A stretch of DNA of 64,000 nucleotides, taken from positions 124,001-188,000 of the forward strand of contig FLMG01000154.1 in assembly GCA_900088475.1 (NCBI GenBank), read 5' to 3'. A program made the translations under genes and the position numbers. Under the pieces are notes generated by a model. It searched no databases and was not told the origin of the DNA. It saw only the letters and a program-made list of their open reading frames with translations. Source of the stretch: Hyphochytrium catenoides. Lineage: Eukaryota; Protista; Hyphochytriomycota. Shown here one piece after another: positions 1-13,057 of the stretch. Position 1 is the first letter of the stretch; the number at the start of each line of letters is the position of its first letter.

Positions 1-415
1 GGTCTCACCATTGAGAGGTTTGGAATGAAGGCGGCCCAATATAATCGAGGGGATGGCCTCTGTGTGTGAAAATCCCCTACAATATGGACCAGGAGTGGAG
101 AGGCTGAGGAGAGATAGCCACTTAGGGAATATGTGCATTACATGGCAGAGACAGTGATTGCTAGTCAAGTTAACCTACAGTCTACTGCTTAGCAGAAAGA
201 ATAGGACAGCAATAAAGAGACAACCGCAGGAAGTGGAAGCTTGAAGTGGACCCCAGACGGTGAAGGAATGGGAATATATGTACATGCTCTCAAGAGGAAT
301 GGGCTGAGCCGTCGAGGACGATGAACAAAGAGCAGGATTACAAAGATAACGATGCGGGTGCAGGCTCGCTCCTTCAGCTAGTTCCTAGTCCGCTATGCGC
401 CCTCGCACCCACTCT

Positions 416-3400
416 CTACATATCTTTCAAAGTAGGAGGAATGATACTTGATTTCCTTTGTCTTGATCCACTGCGTTGCATAGCCTCTTGCCAAGCAGTG
501 ATTCCGCTGTTAGCTCTTTGACTTCCGAAAGCCTGTCCTGTCTCCCGGCCAGTCTCCCTTCCTGTCTCACTTGTGTCACTGTCTTTTCGGGCTGTGGTCG
601 ACGCTCGAACAGTAGCAACTACCTTAGTGCTGACCACTTCCGATACTCCATGCCACTTTCGTCCTCCCCCACTAGCTCCCGTGAATCGACTGCCTGTTCT
701 CGTCAGCGTCTGCATAGAGTCAGCGGATGGGCTCTCTGGCCTGGCTCTCGCAGAAGAGTTGGCCTGTCCGGTAGTAGAGGAGTCCTTCGCTCCCTTTTCC
801 AGCACGTTATCAAAGCTGCCGGAGTCCTTGCTTTTCCTTGAAAGAGACAATGCAGTCGCAACATGAAGATTTGGGTCTTGAACTCCTCTACCAATCCTTG
901 CATCTAGCCTCTCCTTAGCCCTCCAATCTTCTTCTTTGGCTGAATTTTGGGACATCTCTTGAGATTCTTTCCGAGCCGTTGCAACGAAAGGACTCCGCTG
1001 TGGACGTTTGCTCATTTCGCGTTGGGCATGGTGTGCAGCGGCAGCGTCGGTTCCGTCAATCACGTTCTCCAGTTCAAAAGGCTCGTCAGTTGTGCTCGGG
1101 CGACCCACCTCCTTTCCTTGGGCCTTCGCAGCCAGTGCAGGACGTTTAGAAGTGAGGTCGGGAGAAGGATCCACTACATGAGTAAGACCTTCCCTGCTGC
1201 TGTCAGAGTCTAACAAGGGGCTAGGTGCCCTGCCGCTGCTTCGTGGACTTGCAGGGCTCGTTTGGCTGAGGAGGCTAGCCCCTACGTCTAAGTATAGTGG
1301 TGCATGAGGCCCGAGATGGACCTGAAGAAACTCTTCACACTTCTCCTCCTGCTGTCGCTGAAGCTTGCTGGCTGGCGTCGAGACCCATGACTTCTTCCAG
1401 CCCGATTCTTGAGTCTCTGGCTTTACCAGCATGCTCTGCTTCATACTTCCGCCTTCCTTCTCAGTGCTACTTAGATCTATTGTGGCTGTTTGCTGGATTG
1501 GCTTTTGATAGGCGCTTGACAGATAAGACGTCTCTCCCTGGAAAGATATCTCTTTCCTATCTCTGACAACATGCGGTGCGCTCTCTCTCAGTCCGTCGAG
1601 CGCCAGCTCATCAAAGAGCCCCTCATACATTCCTAGGCCACCCGAGCAGATGCTGTCGATCACCTTGGCATCTATGAACCAGGAGGCGAGGTACGGGAGG
1701 ATGCCAGATGAAAAGAAGAGAACAGTAGGCACGCCTATAAACGTGTCAATGAAGAAACCAGCGGAAAAGGACCACAACCAGGTCCAACCTTCTCCTTGAC
1801 GAGTCTACAAGGCAAAGAGTAAGCTCTAGTGGGATGACATTTGGCGGTAGACAGATAGGGGAAGGACCAAGACCATGGAGCCAAGTAGCGGGGAAAGGTC
1901 ACTTGGAAGCACAGCAGTGGTTAGTTGATGGTAGGACAGATCAATGGGAAGACGAAGACGTGGCGTGAGGACCTAGAGGTAGGGCATGAGGGCATTCACC
2001 TTTTGAATGGATGTCATGAAGAGGTAATAGACCGCGAAAAGATTGTAGCAGATGAGGAAAGTGTAGGTTAGAGCGAGGGTCGGCCCCACACGAAGCTTGT
2101 TATGCTCTGGGAGTTCAGTGCGGACTATGTAGCGCCAGTAGCATAGGCGAGATAGGAAGGAACTTCTCTTCAGGGTCTTTTGCTCTACTAGCCATCGGAT
2201 CTAAAGAGAGGCAGCTCTTAGTGTGTCGGGCGATAGAGGGAAAAAGGCAGCTAAATGGGCTGCAGATCTTACCTTGGCCTCAGGAGTCATAGCCCGAAAC
2301 CTTGCCACTTTCAGGAGCGCAGCCTCTTGGCGCCTCCTTTTCTTTCGCACAGAAATATACCTCCTCATTTTAGCTCCGAGGCCTCTGCCTCACCGAGAGC
2401 AGTCAGAAGGCAGGCATGAGTTATGGAAACAGGGAGAAGGGAGAGAAAACGAGACATGGAAAGAGGAAAGCATTGGTATGGGAAGACAGCAATTAGCATC
2501 AAGGAGGGCTGGCGCGGGATGCCCAGCAAGGATCGATGCAGCATGGCAACAGGACAAGAGAGAGAATGAGAGAGAGAGAATGAGAGAGAGAGAGGGAGAG
2601 AGTGTGGGAGGTTATATACTCGGAGTAGTATACACACCTCATCCCTGCCTCATGGACCGTGCAAGAGTCTTGCACTTTCCACTCCGCGTTTCTCACTGCA
2701 AGGGCATGCTTATGCAGCATCTCATGTCGCCTGAAGGCCTTTTCTGCTAGTACCAGGAACTCTGGCTGCTTGGCTGATGCACCCGGAACCAAAGCAAAGT
2801 GGGAGACACAAGGGGCGGGATGAGATCAAGTCAGTCCAATCAGACCATTCTTTAGAGCTAAAGGGCATGACCGCGAGGTGACAGAGGTGGAAGAGCGATG
2901 TAACAGTAGGAGTAATAATGGTCCCCCCGAAAGGAAGATGCAGCGAATTTGAAGAAGAAGAGTAGAGAGAGAGAGGCGCAGGTAGACGTGGTTAAAGAGG
3001 GTCGGTGATACCTTCGCTGGCACTTTTAGCTATGGGTAGATGCTTGTCTCTTCTTGCTCTCTTCCTGGCCAGTCTCAGTCGGACTCGCGCTCTCTCCAGA
3101 CGATCTTTCAAGATTGTGGCCGTCCAGCCCGTGGCCCTTGGGCTGAGGTTGAAGGCAGGAAAGGTGAATCAATGGCGTTGAAGACAGATAACGATTGACG
3201 ACGTCGAGGAAGAGAGGGTCCGAGAGACTAATAGGGGCGGTCTACCTGGACGGCTTGACATAGGTGAGGTCATCCACAGTGTCCAACATGGCCAGATCTT
3301 CAAACCTGAGCGCAAAGAATCAGACAAGCCTTGGAAGGGGTGAGACAATCAAGAAGGAAGAGCGTGCATGCAGGAGAGACGTTCTTCCTTTTTCACCTTT

Positions 3401-6400
3401 CTACGGCGATCTCGGCTGTTTGGCTCCTAGTGAACATTCTAGATGCCAGCACCAGCAAGGGAACTGTGACTATGGAGCCCAGGGCAGAGAAGAATAGAAA
3501 CTGGAAAGGTGAGCGAGACACTTGAGAGGATCTCTCTCCCACGTGGATCAAGATGGACAGATACTGAGTGTATCTGTCGACTAGACTTATTCCTGGCAGG
3601 CAAAGAGCAGATGAAGGAGGATGCTTAATATAGGGAGAGATAAGAATTGTTAGGAAGAAGACAGAAGAGGAAGCGAAGAAGAGAGGTGGCTTTTTAACCA
3701 GCACCTGCGTGGCACCCGGATCGGTCATGACTCTAGGGCATATCAAGTGCTGGCGATGAACCAGCGTGGCTTAAGGAGGACAAAATGAAAGACACCGAAA
3801 GAGTAAAGAGAGAGAGAGGAGAGAGAGAGGAGGAGAGAGAGAGAGGGAGAGAAAGAATGAAGGAGAGAGTGGAGAATAGCTGAAGAGAGGAAGATAGAGA
3901 GAGTATGTGGCTACCAGATGATAGTAGGGCCTGGGAGAGCATCTGCCCATTGAAAGCTGTCAGGAAGAGAGTGGAGCGCTGAAGGCGAGTCTTTCCCTAA
4001 CATCACGAAGGCAAGGGTCGGTCAGATAACCCCAACAAGTCGCACGGAGTGATGGTAAGGCTTACATTTCTATGAGCAAAGGCCATGGCGAGAAGATGGT
4101 GATTCTGCATCAAGCTCTTGAACCTGTGACAGGCAGACCGCCGGCGTCAAACGGTGTGAAATGGCAGAGCCAGAGGAGAGTGAGAGTGAGACATCGCACG
4201 GGACGGCGGAGAAGCAAGGAGGGGAAGGTAGGTAGGAGCTGTGTGAGTACGAATGAGAGTGAGAAAGGTATATGGAGGGGTACCGAAGACGAGGGTAGAT
4301 CCAAACAAGCGAGAGACGCCCTAGAAGATGACAGAGGAGACAGAGAAATTTGCTCCATCGTCTCCTACCAGTTCTTGAGAGGGTGGCGCAGAGCTAGAAT
4401 CTGCTGCCGTTGTGCCGCTCTGACGGCCTCCTTTATCCCCTCGAAGTCGACCTTCGAGCCCTTTCTCACGCGCTTGAGAATGTCTTGCTTGCTTCCTATG
4501 TGGTGAACAGAGACTGCAGAAGAGACGGGAGTGGCCTGTCGCTTCTCTGCCGCCTGAACGTTGACGTCCTGGCTGAGAGGTAAGAGCCTTGGAAGCTCTG
4601 TCCGAGAAAGGAGAGGAGGGAAACAGGGAAAGAGACGGAGAGGGTTAGCGACCGATTCACCGGCATGACAAGCGGAAGAACAAGGCAAAGAGTGAAGCGC
4701 GATAGGAGAGAAGGAAAGATAAGAAGAAGCTGGAGAGGAATGCTTTCTTACCTGCTTGTTGCCCTTCAATCGCTGGAACTCCCACAGCGCTCAAAGGAGC
4801 CTCTTCATCCGTGGAACCAAAGATCTGCACTAACCGCTCGGACGTACCGTACAAGTCAAAGATCTTCCCAGGAATCTGGTCCAATCGCCAGTTCTTGAAA
4901 GCCAAGTGTACTTTCCTCGTCACATCTGTGGCTCTGAAATAGTAAGCCAGAGCAAGGTAGACCGTCCAGATGAGCCCGATAGCAACGATCATTGGCCAGT
5001 TGCGAATGAGGTCTTCGACTGTTGGCTTGGTCTCGATGACTATCTCGGCGCGCTGGGTGAACTTTTGGACTGTGGCAGTGAAGTCTAGAGAAGAAAAACA
5101 TAGAAGTTTGAAGAGGGAACGGAGTTCAAGGAGGGGCACAGCGAGAGAAGAGAGAGAGAGAGAGAGAGTGAGAGAGAGAGAGAGAAGCGGGGNNNNNNNN
5201 NNNNNNNNNNNNNNNAGTCCACAAAGGAAACGAGAGTCAAGGCAAAAGAGTGACTACGAGGGGATGGGCCAGGTGTGACAAATGAAGAGATAGGTGTAGA
5301 GAGAAAGGCAGCGCCATCTGCTAACAATAATCAGCTATCGCTGCCAACTCTTCCTAGTACTCTCCCTCTTCCCCAGTTCGTTTCGTTCGTCCGTCTTCTT
5401 CCCTTCCTACCTGTCAGATGGGTGCAGCTGCACATCAAGAAGTCACCTCCCGGAGCCACTGCCCGGGTGCAGCCTTCGTTAGACCACACGCTGGTGCTCA
5501 CGTCCCAATAGACGCAGGATGGCGCTTCATACGTTATTGGGCAGTAGAGTTCTACTGGCCCTGTGCCGTTGCACTAGGAAGGACAAAGAGCAAAGGTCAC
5601 GTAAGTGAACGAGACACCTTGAGGACTGCAAAACGCTTGACAGATTAGAGGAGCAAGGGAGAAAAGAGAGCGCATACGAGAACGCAGGCGAATTGGTAGC
5701 TGAGTGGAGAGAGAGAGAGTGAGAGAGAGACAGAGAGTCGGAGACAAAGAGACAGAGAAGAGAAAAAGAGAGACAGAGAGAGGGAGAGAGGAGAACATAA
5801 TACGGCTCGGAGAATCCAAACCACAGAAGAGTGAAGAGGAAGCGATCTTATGCCCATAAGCTCTTCTCTTTGGAGCTCACCACCAGCTAGACGAAGAGCG
5901 ATGGTATGTAAAGAAGATTAGAGTGGCAAGCGAGAGAGAGAACCAGTTTGAAATGGAGATAGTCAAGAGCTATCGTCTCTCACTGACCTGGAAGGTTAAC
6001 GTCCCGCCGTCTTGACACTTATGACTGATAAGGTAGGTGTTGTCAGCGCAGTAATAGCTGCCGCCGTCTCCTGCTAACGCTGAGACGTTGACAGCCTCAA
6101 GCTCTTGAAGCCAAGGAGGAAGAGGTAAAGAAAGAGTTATTGGCTTTGGCAGGTTCTTGACCTTTATCTCTCTCCCCTCGTCATCGCGCAAGAGGAGAGA
6201 GTATACGGAAGCTTCCCTGTCGGGCTGTTGGAAAGAATTGTCTTCACTCCTGCTCACATTGGCCTGGAGCTGAGAGCAAAGGTTAGTGCATGGACCGTGG
6301 TTAAGGTTGGCAAATAGAGCGGTTGTCAAGCGGTAGCACCCTCTGAAGAAAAGAGAGAGTAGAGCTAAGCACGTACAGATACTAGGTGAACAAGATGGGC

Positions 6401-7241
6401 GTAAAGAGAAGACCTGAAAGATGATCAAGGTAAATATCAAGAGAAAGAAGAGGGAAAGAGAGAGAGAGACAGAGAGAGAAAGAAAGGAGACAGAGAGAGA
6501 GAGAGAGGGAGAGAGAGAGAGAAAGAAGACAGAGAAAGAGAGAAGGGAGACAGAAAAGAAAATGTCGCACACGGAGACAGTAAAGAAACGCAAAGACCTA
6601 GAGAGGGCTCGTACCTGAGATTGGTAGAGGTTCCTCGACGTCTTGACGAAGTAGACATCCACAATGGGAGGCACGTCCTCGAGGGCAGAGGAAAGACCTC
6701 CATCAGGGAACTGGAAGACTTTAGACCACTCCGAGATGGAAGAAGCAGAGACCTCGGAGCTGCCGCTGTCTGGCGCGAGAGAGGAAGAGAGAGAGGCAAG
6801 CTCCATTCTCTGGGCAGAGGTGACGATGTTTCTGCTATGGATCTCTACCGCAGTCTCCCTAAGGAGAGACGGTAAATGGATTTGAAGGCAGACCAAAGAA
6901 AGGCAATGAACAGAGCTGTGCGTTGGGATAACAGGAACAAGAAACAACGACATAGAGAGGACAAAGGGAATTCTCGGCGTCGAGATTGGGAAGAGTCACC
7001 GCTGAGGGATATAAAGAGCTAGAGCTGGTGCCTTCCTACCCTGGGAGCTGCTGCACAAGGACCAGCTGCGTCAGGTTCCACAGCATTCCGTCTACAGTGT
7101 GGCGCACCGTGCTATTGGCATCTCCATCTGTTTCCGCCTCCAGTAGTTGACTCGTCAGGTCCCCGACGGTCTGCAGCATCTCAGCTGCTGTCCCATATTC
7201 TGGGCATTGTGACGGATTAGAAAGGGAAGGGAGTGTCAGGA

Positions 7242-7299
<58 letters not shown>

Positions 7300-10200
7300 N
7301 NNNNNNNNNNNNNNNNNNNNNNNNNNNNNNNNNNNNNNNNNNNNNNNNNNNNNNNNNNNNNNNNGAGAAAGGGAGACAGAGAAAGAGAAAGAGAGAGAGA
7401 GAGGATGGACGAGAGGTCAGCGGAGTGACACAATGCCGTCAATTTTCAGTACTTCTCTCTCTACCGCCTGACGCGGAACTGGCCATCTATTCGGTTCTAT
7501 TCCACGTCTTCACCTGCTAATCTACGACGTCTCTCTCCGGCTGTCCGACTCACGCCATCATCTACCCTTTTCTCTCTCTCTCTCTCGGCAAGTTCTAGCG
7601 TCCAGAAGAGAGAAGAGCTCTTACTTACCATTCAAAGCCAGCAATGCCATGACTCTGTCTTGAAGATACCGGTGGATTATGGACTGGAGAGAGATAAACC
7701 AGATGATTGAGAAGGAAGAAGTAGGATAGGACGGGGCAGGAACATGGGCTAGTCAGTCACAAATGCTGAGACAGATAGGCGGAGATGACGGCAGGACAGG
7801 CAACGTGAGGAGCGCAGAGCGCCAAATTAAAGAGACGAGGAGAGAAGATGCGCCAGGGCTCACTATTGTTTGATCTGCTAGCTCGTTGGTGTCTCTAATG
7901 ACAAGAGACAGAGTGCTCAGCTGCTGCCCGAGGCTTACGGAGTCTTCGTCCATCGCCCCTGTCACTTCCACCAGCTTTTCAAGAAGAAAAGCCCGAATGG
8001 ACCGTCTGTTGGTGGCAGAAAGAGAGAGAGAGATAAAGGAAGCAAGAGGGAATAGATAGACAAAGCTTAGCGCTTCAAGTCGGCACGTTAACGCAGAGAG
8101 GAACAAGGCTAAACAAGCAGCCAGATTATCTGACTAAAGTGGTTGTCTAACTATCAGGGACTAAGATATAGGAGAGAAAGGCTCGAGAGACATCAACCAC
8201 AAAGGCAAGTGTCGCCCTGTACCGTACCGTTTTTTAAAAGCAGCCTCAGAAAGTGAGCATGAAGAGCCAAACCACCCTGTCTCGCACTGGCACGAGTGGA
8301 TGCACCCAAATGTGCCCAGGAAGCAGTTTGAAGGGACGGCAGTACATGCGCCATGTCCAGAGCAGGACGCTCCAGCAAGAGCTATGAGTCCAGGGCATTA
8401 GAGGTTATACAGGGACGAAGGAGAGAGAGTGAGAAAGAGAGAGATCGTACGATGATAGAGCGAACGAGAGAGACACACACACTCACACGCTGCAAAGCGA
8501 GAAAGGAATGGTGACAGAAGAGCACATCACATGCACATCACATGGAGATTAAGAGAAGGAGAGGATTCAGCGAGGATAACACTGAGACCAGAAGAGCCGG
8601 TGAAGGAAAGATAGCAAGATTGAGGTTGAGGACATGAAGCCACCTGTCGGACACTCAAGCGGCGCAATGCTCGGTCTGCACTGCCCGCAGGTCTCAGTAG
8701 CATCGTTAGCTGCCGTCAGACGCCTAGTACTACTGCGGTCTTGAGCCAAAGAGTCCATGCTGAGGAGCATCGAGAGCTTTGCCACGGCGGCCAGGACTTT
8801 CTCACCTGCCGCAGAAGGGCCAACATAGCAGGAAAGAGAGTTGCGCAAGTGAATAGAGAGCGGGAAGAAGCATGAAGCGCAATGACATGGGGCGGACTTC
8901 CAACAAGAAAGAAGATTGACTAGGTAACGCTAAGAGTGCAGAGACAAGGGAAAAGGTAAAGCTAAGAGTGCAGAGACCGACGGCAGTCAGCTGTCCTCAC
9001 AGCTTGCTTTGCCTTCTGTGAGGAGAAGAGAAGGTTAGAGAGAACAAAGACCAAGGTTCAGGGCTAATAGTGAGCCATTCCTGGGACCTTACTTGGTGGT
9101 TGTTCCTGCGTGGCATCTGCACCTCCTCCTCCTCCTGATCCTCCTCCATCTGGAGAAGGCGTTGGAGAGACAGACAAAGCACTCATGATGGCCTCTGTCT
9201 GGAAGCTCACGACCTCTTCAATGGACTGCTGCTGGGGAATGAAGACCGTTGCGGAGCTCTCTGTGAAGGCCGTGATCCCTGTCTGGTCCATCACAGTCAC
9301 GCGGACAGTCTGCTGACACTTCGCCTGTCCACAGCTTAGATATTCCTGAGGTGATGGGAGGAGAACGAGCGTGAACACATGGACAATCAACCTCAAGACA
9401 GTCTAGGGAACCGATAGCAGGAGCCCAACCGACAGATAGGGGCGATAGAGAGAGAGTACTTCTTCGGACAAATCGCAGCTTATAGGGCCATAGAACGAGA
9501 GACATCGGATTTCCTGGTCGGTGGGAGAGAAGAAGAGACTCTTATTGGAGAAGCTCGCAAAGCGTCCATCTTGCTAAGAAGACATCGCAAGTGATCGCAC
9601 CGTCGTGAAGCTCTGAAGTTTAAAACCTCCCATCGGAACCTCGGCGCCGTCTACCATCAGAGAGAACTTGTACCTAACGGCAAGAGCTTAAGTCTCTCTC
9701 TTGTTGAGAGGAAACGGTGGAAAGACATGGCGGGGTAATGGTGTCACTCTGAACGAGAAGAGAGAATGCCTACGAAGGAGCTACGTAGAGAGAGAGAGAG
9801 GGAGAAAAAAGGGAGGAATAGAGGGGAGAGAGAGGGAAAGAGAGAGAGAGAGAAGGAAGAGAGAGAAAGAGATGGAATGGGTAACTTGTAGGCAATGCGC
9901 TGTTGGACACTCGAGCGAATACTTTCTATCGATCTTGCTCTTCATCTGTATGCTTACCTTAGAGGAAGACGGATCCGCTTCCCACCCTGTAGAGGCCATG
10001 AGAAACATGGTATAGATGTCGCCTGATGAGGGAGAGATCTCCAGAGCCCCGTACCGAGGACGTCCTCGCCCACGAACCTCAATAGTACCTGTTCCGACCT
10101 GAAGGGAGGGAGAGAAAGAGAGAGAGAGAGAGAAACGAGAGAGAATGAAAAAGTGGAACAGAGAGAGACTGCAGAAGACGAGAGTGAATAAAAGAGCGAG

Positions 10201-13025
10201 AGAGAGTGGGGAGACCGATAAGAGCTAGAGAAGAGAGTGAGAGCTAGAGAAGAGAGTGAGAGCTGGAGAAGAGAGTGAGAGCGAAAGAAGAGAGTGAGAG
10301 AGACAGGAGACGGGCAAGGAGTATCACGAAAGGCTGAAGAGAACTGAGAGAAAGAGGTTCTGGTCCAAGCGCACGCTATAGACTGAGGCACGGCAAGAGG
10401 GTTATAGGCCGGCAAGAGACAGGCAGCTGAGGAAGAGAAGATATAGACCTTCTGATTGACCGTCATCGTCAGGTGAAACCTATAGGTCACCTCCTGCAGC
10501 AGTGCATTGGGCCTCAACGTGAGAAATTGAGATGAGGAGGAGAGACCTTCAAGGAGAGGACCAAGGGACAGAGTTTGTCCGTTGGCAGCGACACAGCTCC
10601 ATTCGTAAGTCACATCCCGAAACGATCCCTGGTTTTCTTCGTTTTCTAGCTGGTAGAAAGCTGATAGACGGAGCCGCTCAGTGACTGAGAACCGTTTAGC
10701 ACTGTTTGAGACTTGCTTCACGCCAACGAGGAGCCTCTCGTCCGGAAGAACGCTGACCATAACTGAGGCACTGGCTTCTTTTATGAGCGAGCTAACAGAA
10801 GAGTTGGCTCTACCCAGAACAGTGAGAATATAGCTTGTGCCACCTGCCCAGAGGCGATCGAGCGATCGGGAAGAGTTTGGAGCCGACAAACAGAGAGAGA
10901 GAGAGAATTAGTGGCTTGACCATCAGAAGGTGAGAGAAGATGCTGCAGAAAGGTCTATGATAAGCTTAGACCCGGCATAGGAGCGCATCCGATAGGTAGT
11001 AGGCAGAAAGGACGGGGGAAAAAGGATGTAAATAGAGAGCAAGAAGGAGAGAGCGCGCTAAGGACTCACCCGGCACCATTTTGGCTGGGAAGACTGCGGC
11101 GAACTGTCTTCCGCCGATCTTCTCGCTCTGCAGGTTCAAGTTACATGGCTCAAGATTGTCACGCACCACGCAGTCAGGTGTGAAGCACTTTTTGCAGTCC
11201 TACCAGTGCAGATGACGGAGAAGTAAGAGAAAGGCAAGCTAGAGACTGAAACAAAGAGAAGGAGGATGCCCTTCAGAGAGAGAGGGAGAAGTAGTTGGGG
11301 AAATAGAAGAAGACTGAGACTAGGTTGACAGATGGAGACAGACTTACTACGTGGAAAGGGACGAGGGCGCTTTATGAGCAAACGAGGAGAGAGAAATTAG
11401 AGAGAAAAGGAAAGAACAGAACGGGGCAAAGAAAGAGAAGGTGCCAGTCAAGGCAAAGCACGGACCCAGGTATGGGAGAGCAAGGTCAATGTCTCGGAAG
11501 TGGTGCTGAGGTCTGGATCAGTGAAGGTGGCAATAAGAGGGATGTCGCGGCTGGTGCGGCCAGAGATAGAAGTCGTCTTCCCGTCACCAATAAACGCTTG
11601 CATCGGAGACACCAAGGGCTCAATGGTTACCTTGGACAAAGAGGTAGATCCGTAAGCGAGGGTACGGGAGTAGCAAGAGCAAGAGCGAAAGGGTAAAAAC
11701 GAAGAGAGGGGAGAGGAAAGAGAAGATAGCGAGAAAGAAAGAAAAAGAAGAGGGTGTCAACGGTAGCCAATGGGACAAGTCTCCCAAGGCGAAGAGATTG
11801 GCGAGAAGGGACTAGGGCGACCGGAAGACAGCTGGCCTTGCTTATCAGAGACAAGCGAGAAGGATAGAGCAACGCTCAGGTGACTGGAAGTGAAGACCAA
11901 TGAGAGTCCAGAAGCTAAGGCGCTACCTGTTGGGCCACTGCCTCAGATGCCTCTCCTTGCTTGCTCGTCACACGGATCTCGTAGACGTACTGGGCTCCAG
12001 GAGAGAAGAAGAAAGGAGGGAAAGTGAGTGTCCAAGGGTTTCTGGCCAGTATGCCCGTAGCTGGTCCGATAACTAGCTCCTTCCTATGACGATCGCGTGA
12101 GAGAGCGGAGGCATGAGACAGAACAGTGAGACAAAGAATGCGGATAGTAATCCTTAGATAAAGAAGGAGGCGCTCTTCTTGCGCTAAGAGTGTAAAAGAG
12201 TAGGAAGAGAAGGTAGAGAAGGATGACGGGAGCGCTTGCGCACCACTTGGGGGCATTATGGCTCAGGAGAGGAAGTGCATAGAGATATCGGTCATGGGTT
12301 TGAACCGTTGTTCATAGGAGAGAAAGAGGAGGCAAGAGTACGATGCCAGAGACATGGAAGATGCTTATCTGAGAAGATAGTGAGAGTCTCTTGATCTATC
12401 GACAGTTCCACGGGTTGAGGACCAAAGGATAGTCCTACTTACTTCTGGCCTGGCGTGACTTCAAACCACTTGATCTGGACTCGTTGAGAAAGGGAAGTGT
12501 CCAAGATTGAGAGAGCCGCGGTCTGATTGCACTCACTCAGGGCTACTGCTGCCTCCACCGTCAAGGCCCTAGTCCGGGGTGTTGTCAACAAGCTTCCGCC
12601 CTGGACCCTCACGCTTGGCACGGCCTTGGATTGTCTGGCGATGACTTTGGTGGCTGTGCTATTGTTACTTAGGAAGTCGATTGCGGTCACAGAGATCTGC
12701 AGCCGACAGTCTTCAACGTCGTCGCATTGGATATCCCTAGAGTTGAGCCTAAGCGTGGGGGAATCTGAGTCCGACGAGCAACGATCAGTCATGGAAGCAC
12801 TGCCCAGGCTCTTGTTTCTGCTACCTGCTCTCCATCTTACAGTGCTTTCACCAGCTAATCTTGCCTCCCATGATGGTCTCCGCGCTCTGTTTTGCGGTGG
12901 CTCCTTGCCTTGCTGCACCGTCTACCCTAGCCCCCATCTCGGGAGCAGCTCCCTGTTCTGTCCTCATGCATTCCAGCTTCTCCCAACGCACTACTCTTTG
13001 ATAGTCTCTCTCTCTCTTCCTTTGA

Positions 13026-13057
<32 letters not shown>

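Noticed and set aside
8922-8977. Imperfect 32-bp-period direct repeat (also a 16-bp one near 28390-28425)
   Set aside because: Ordinary intronic slippage duplications that lack the 26-bp/TATC signature.
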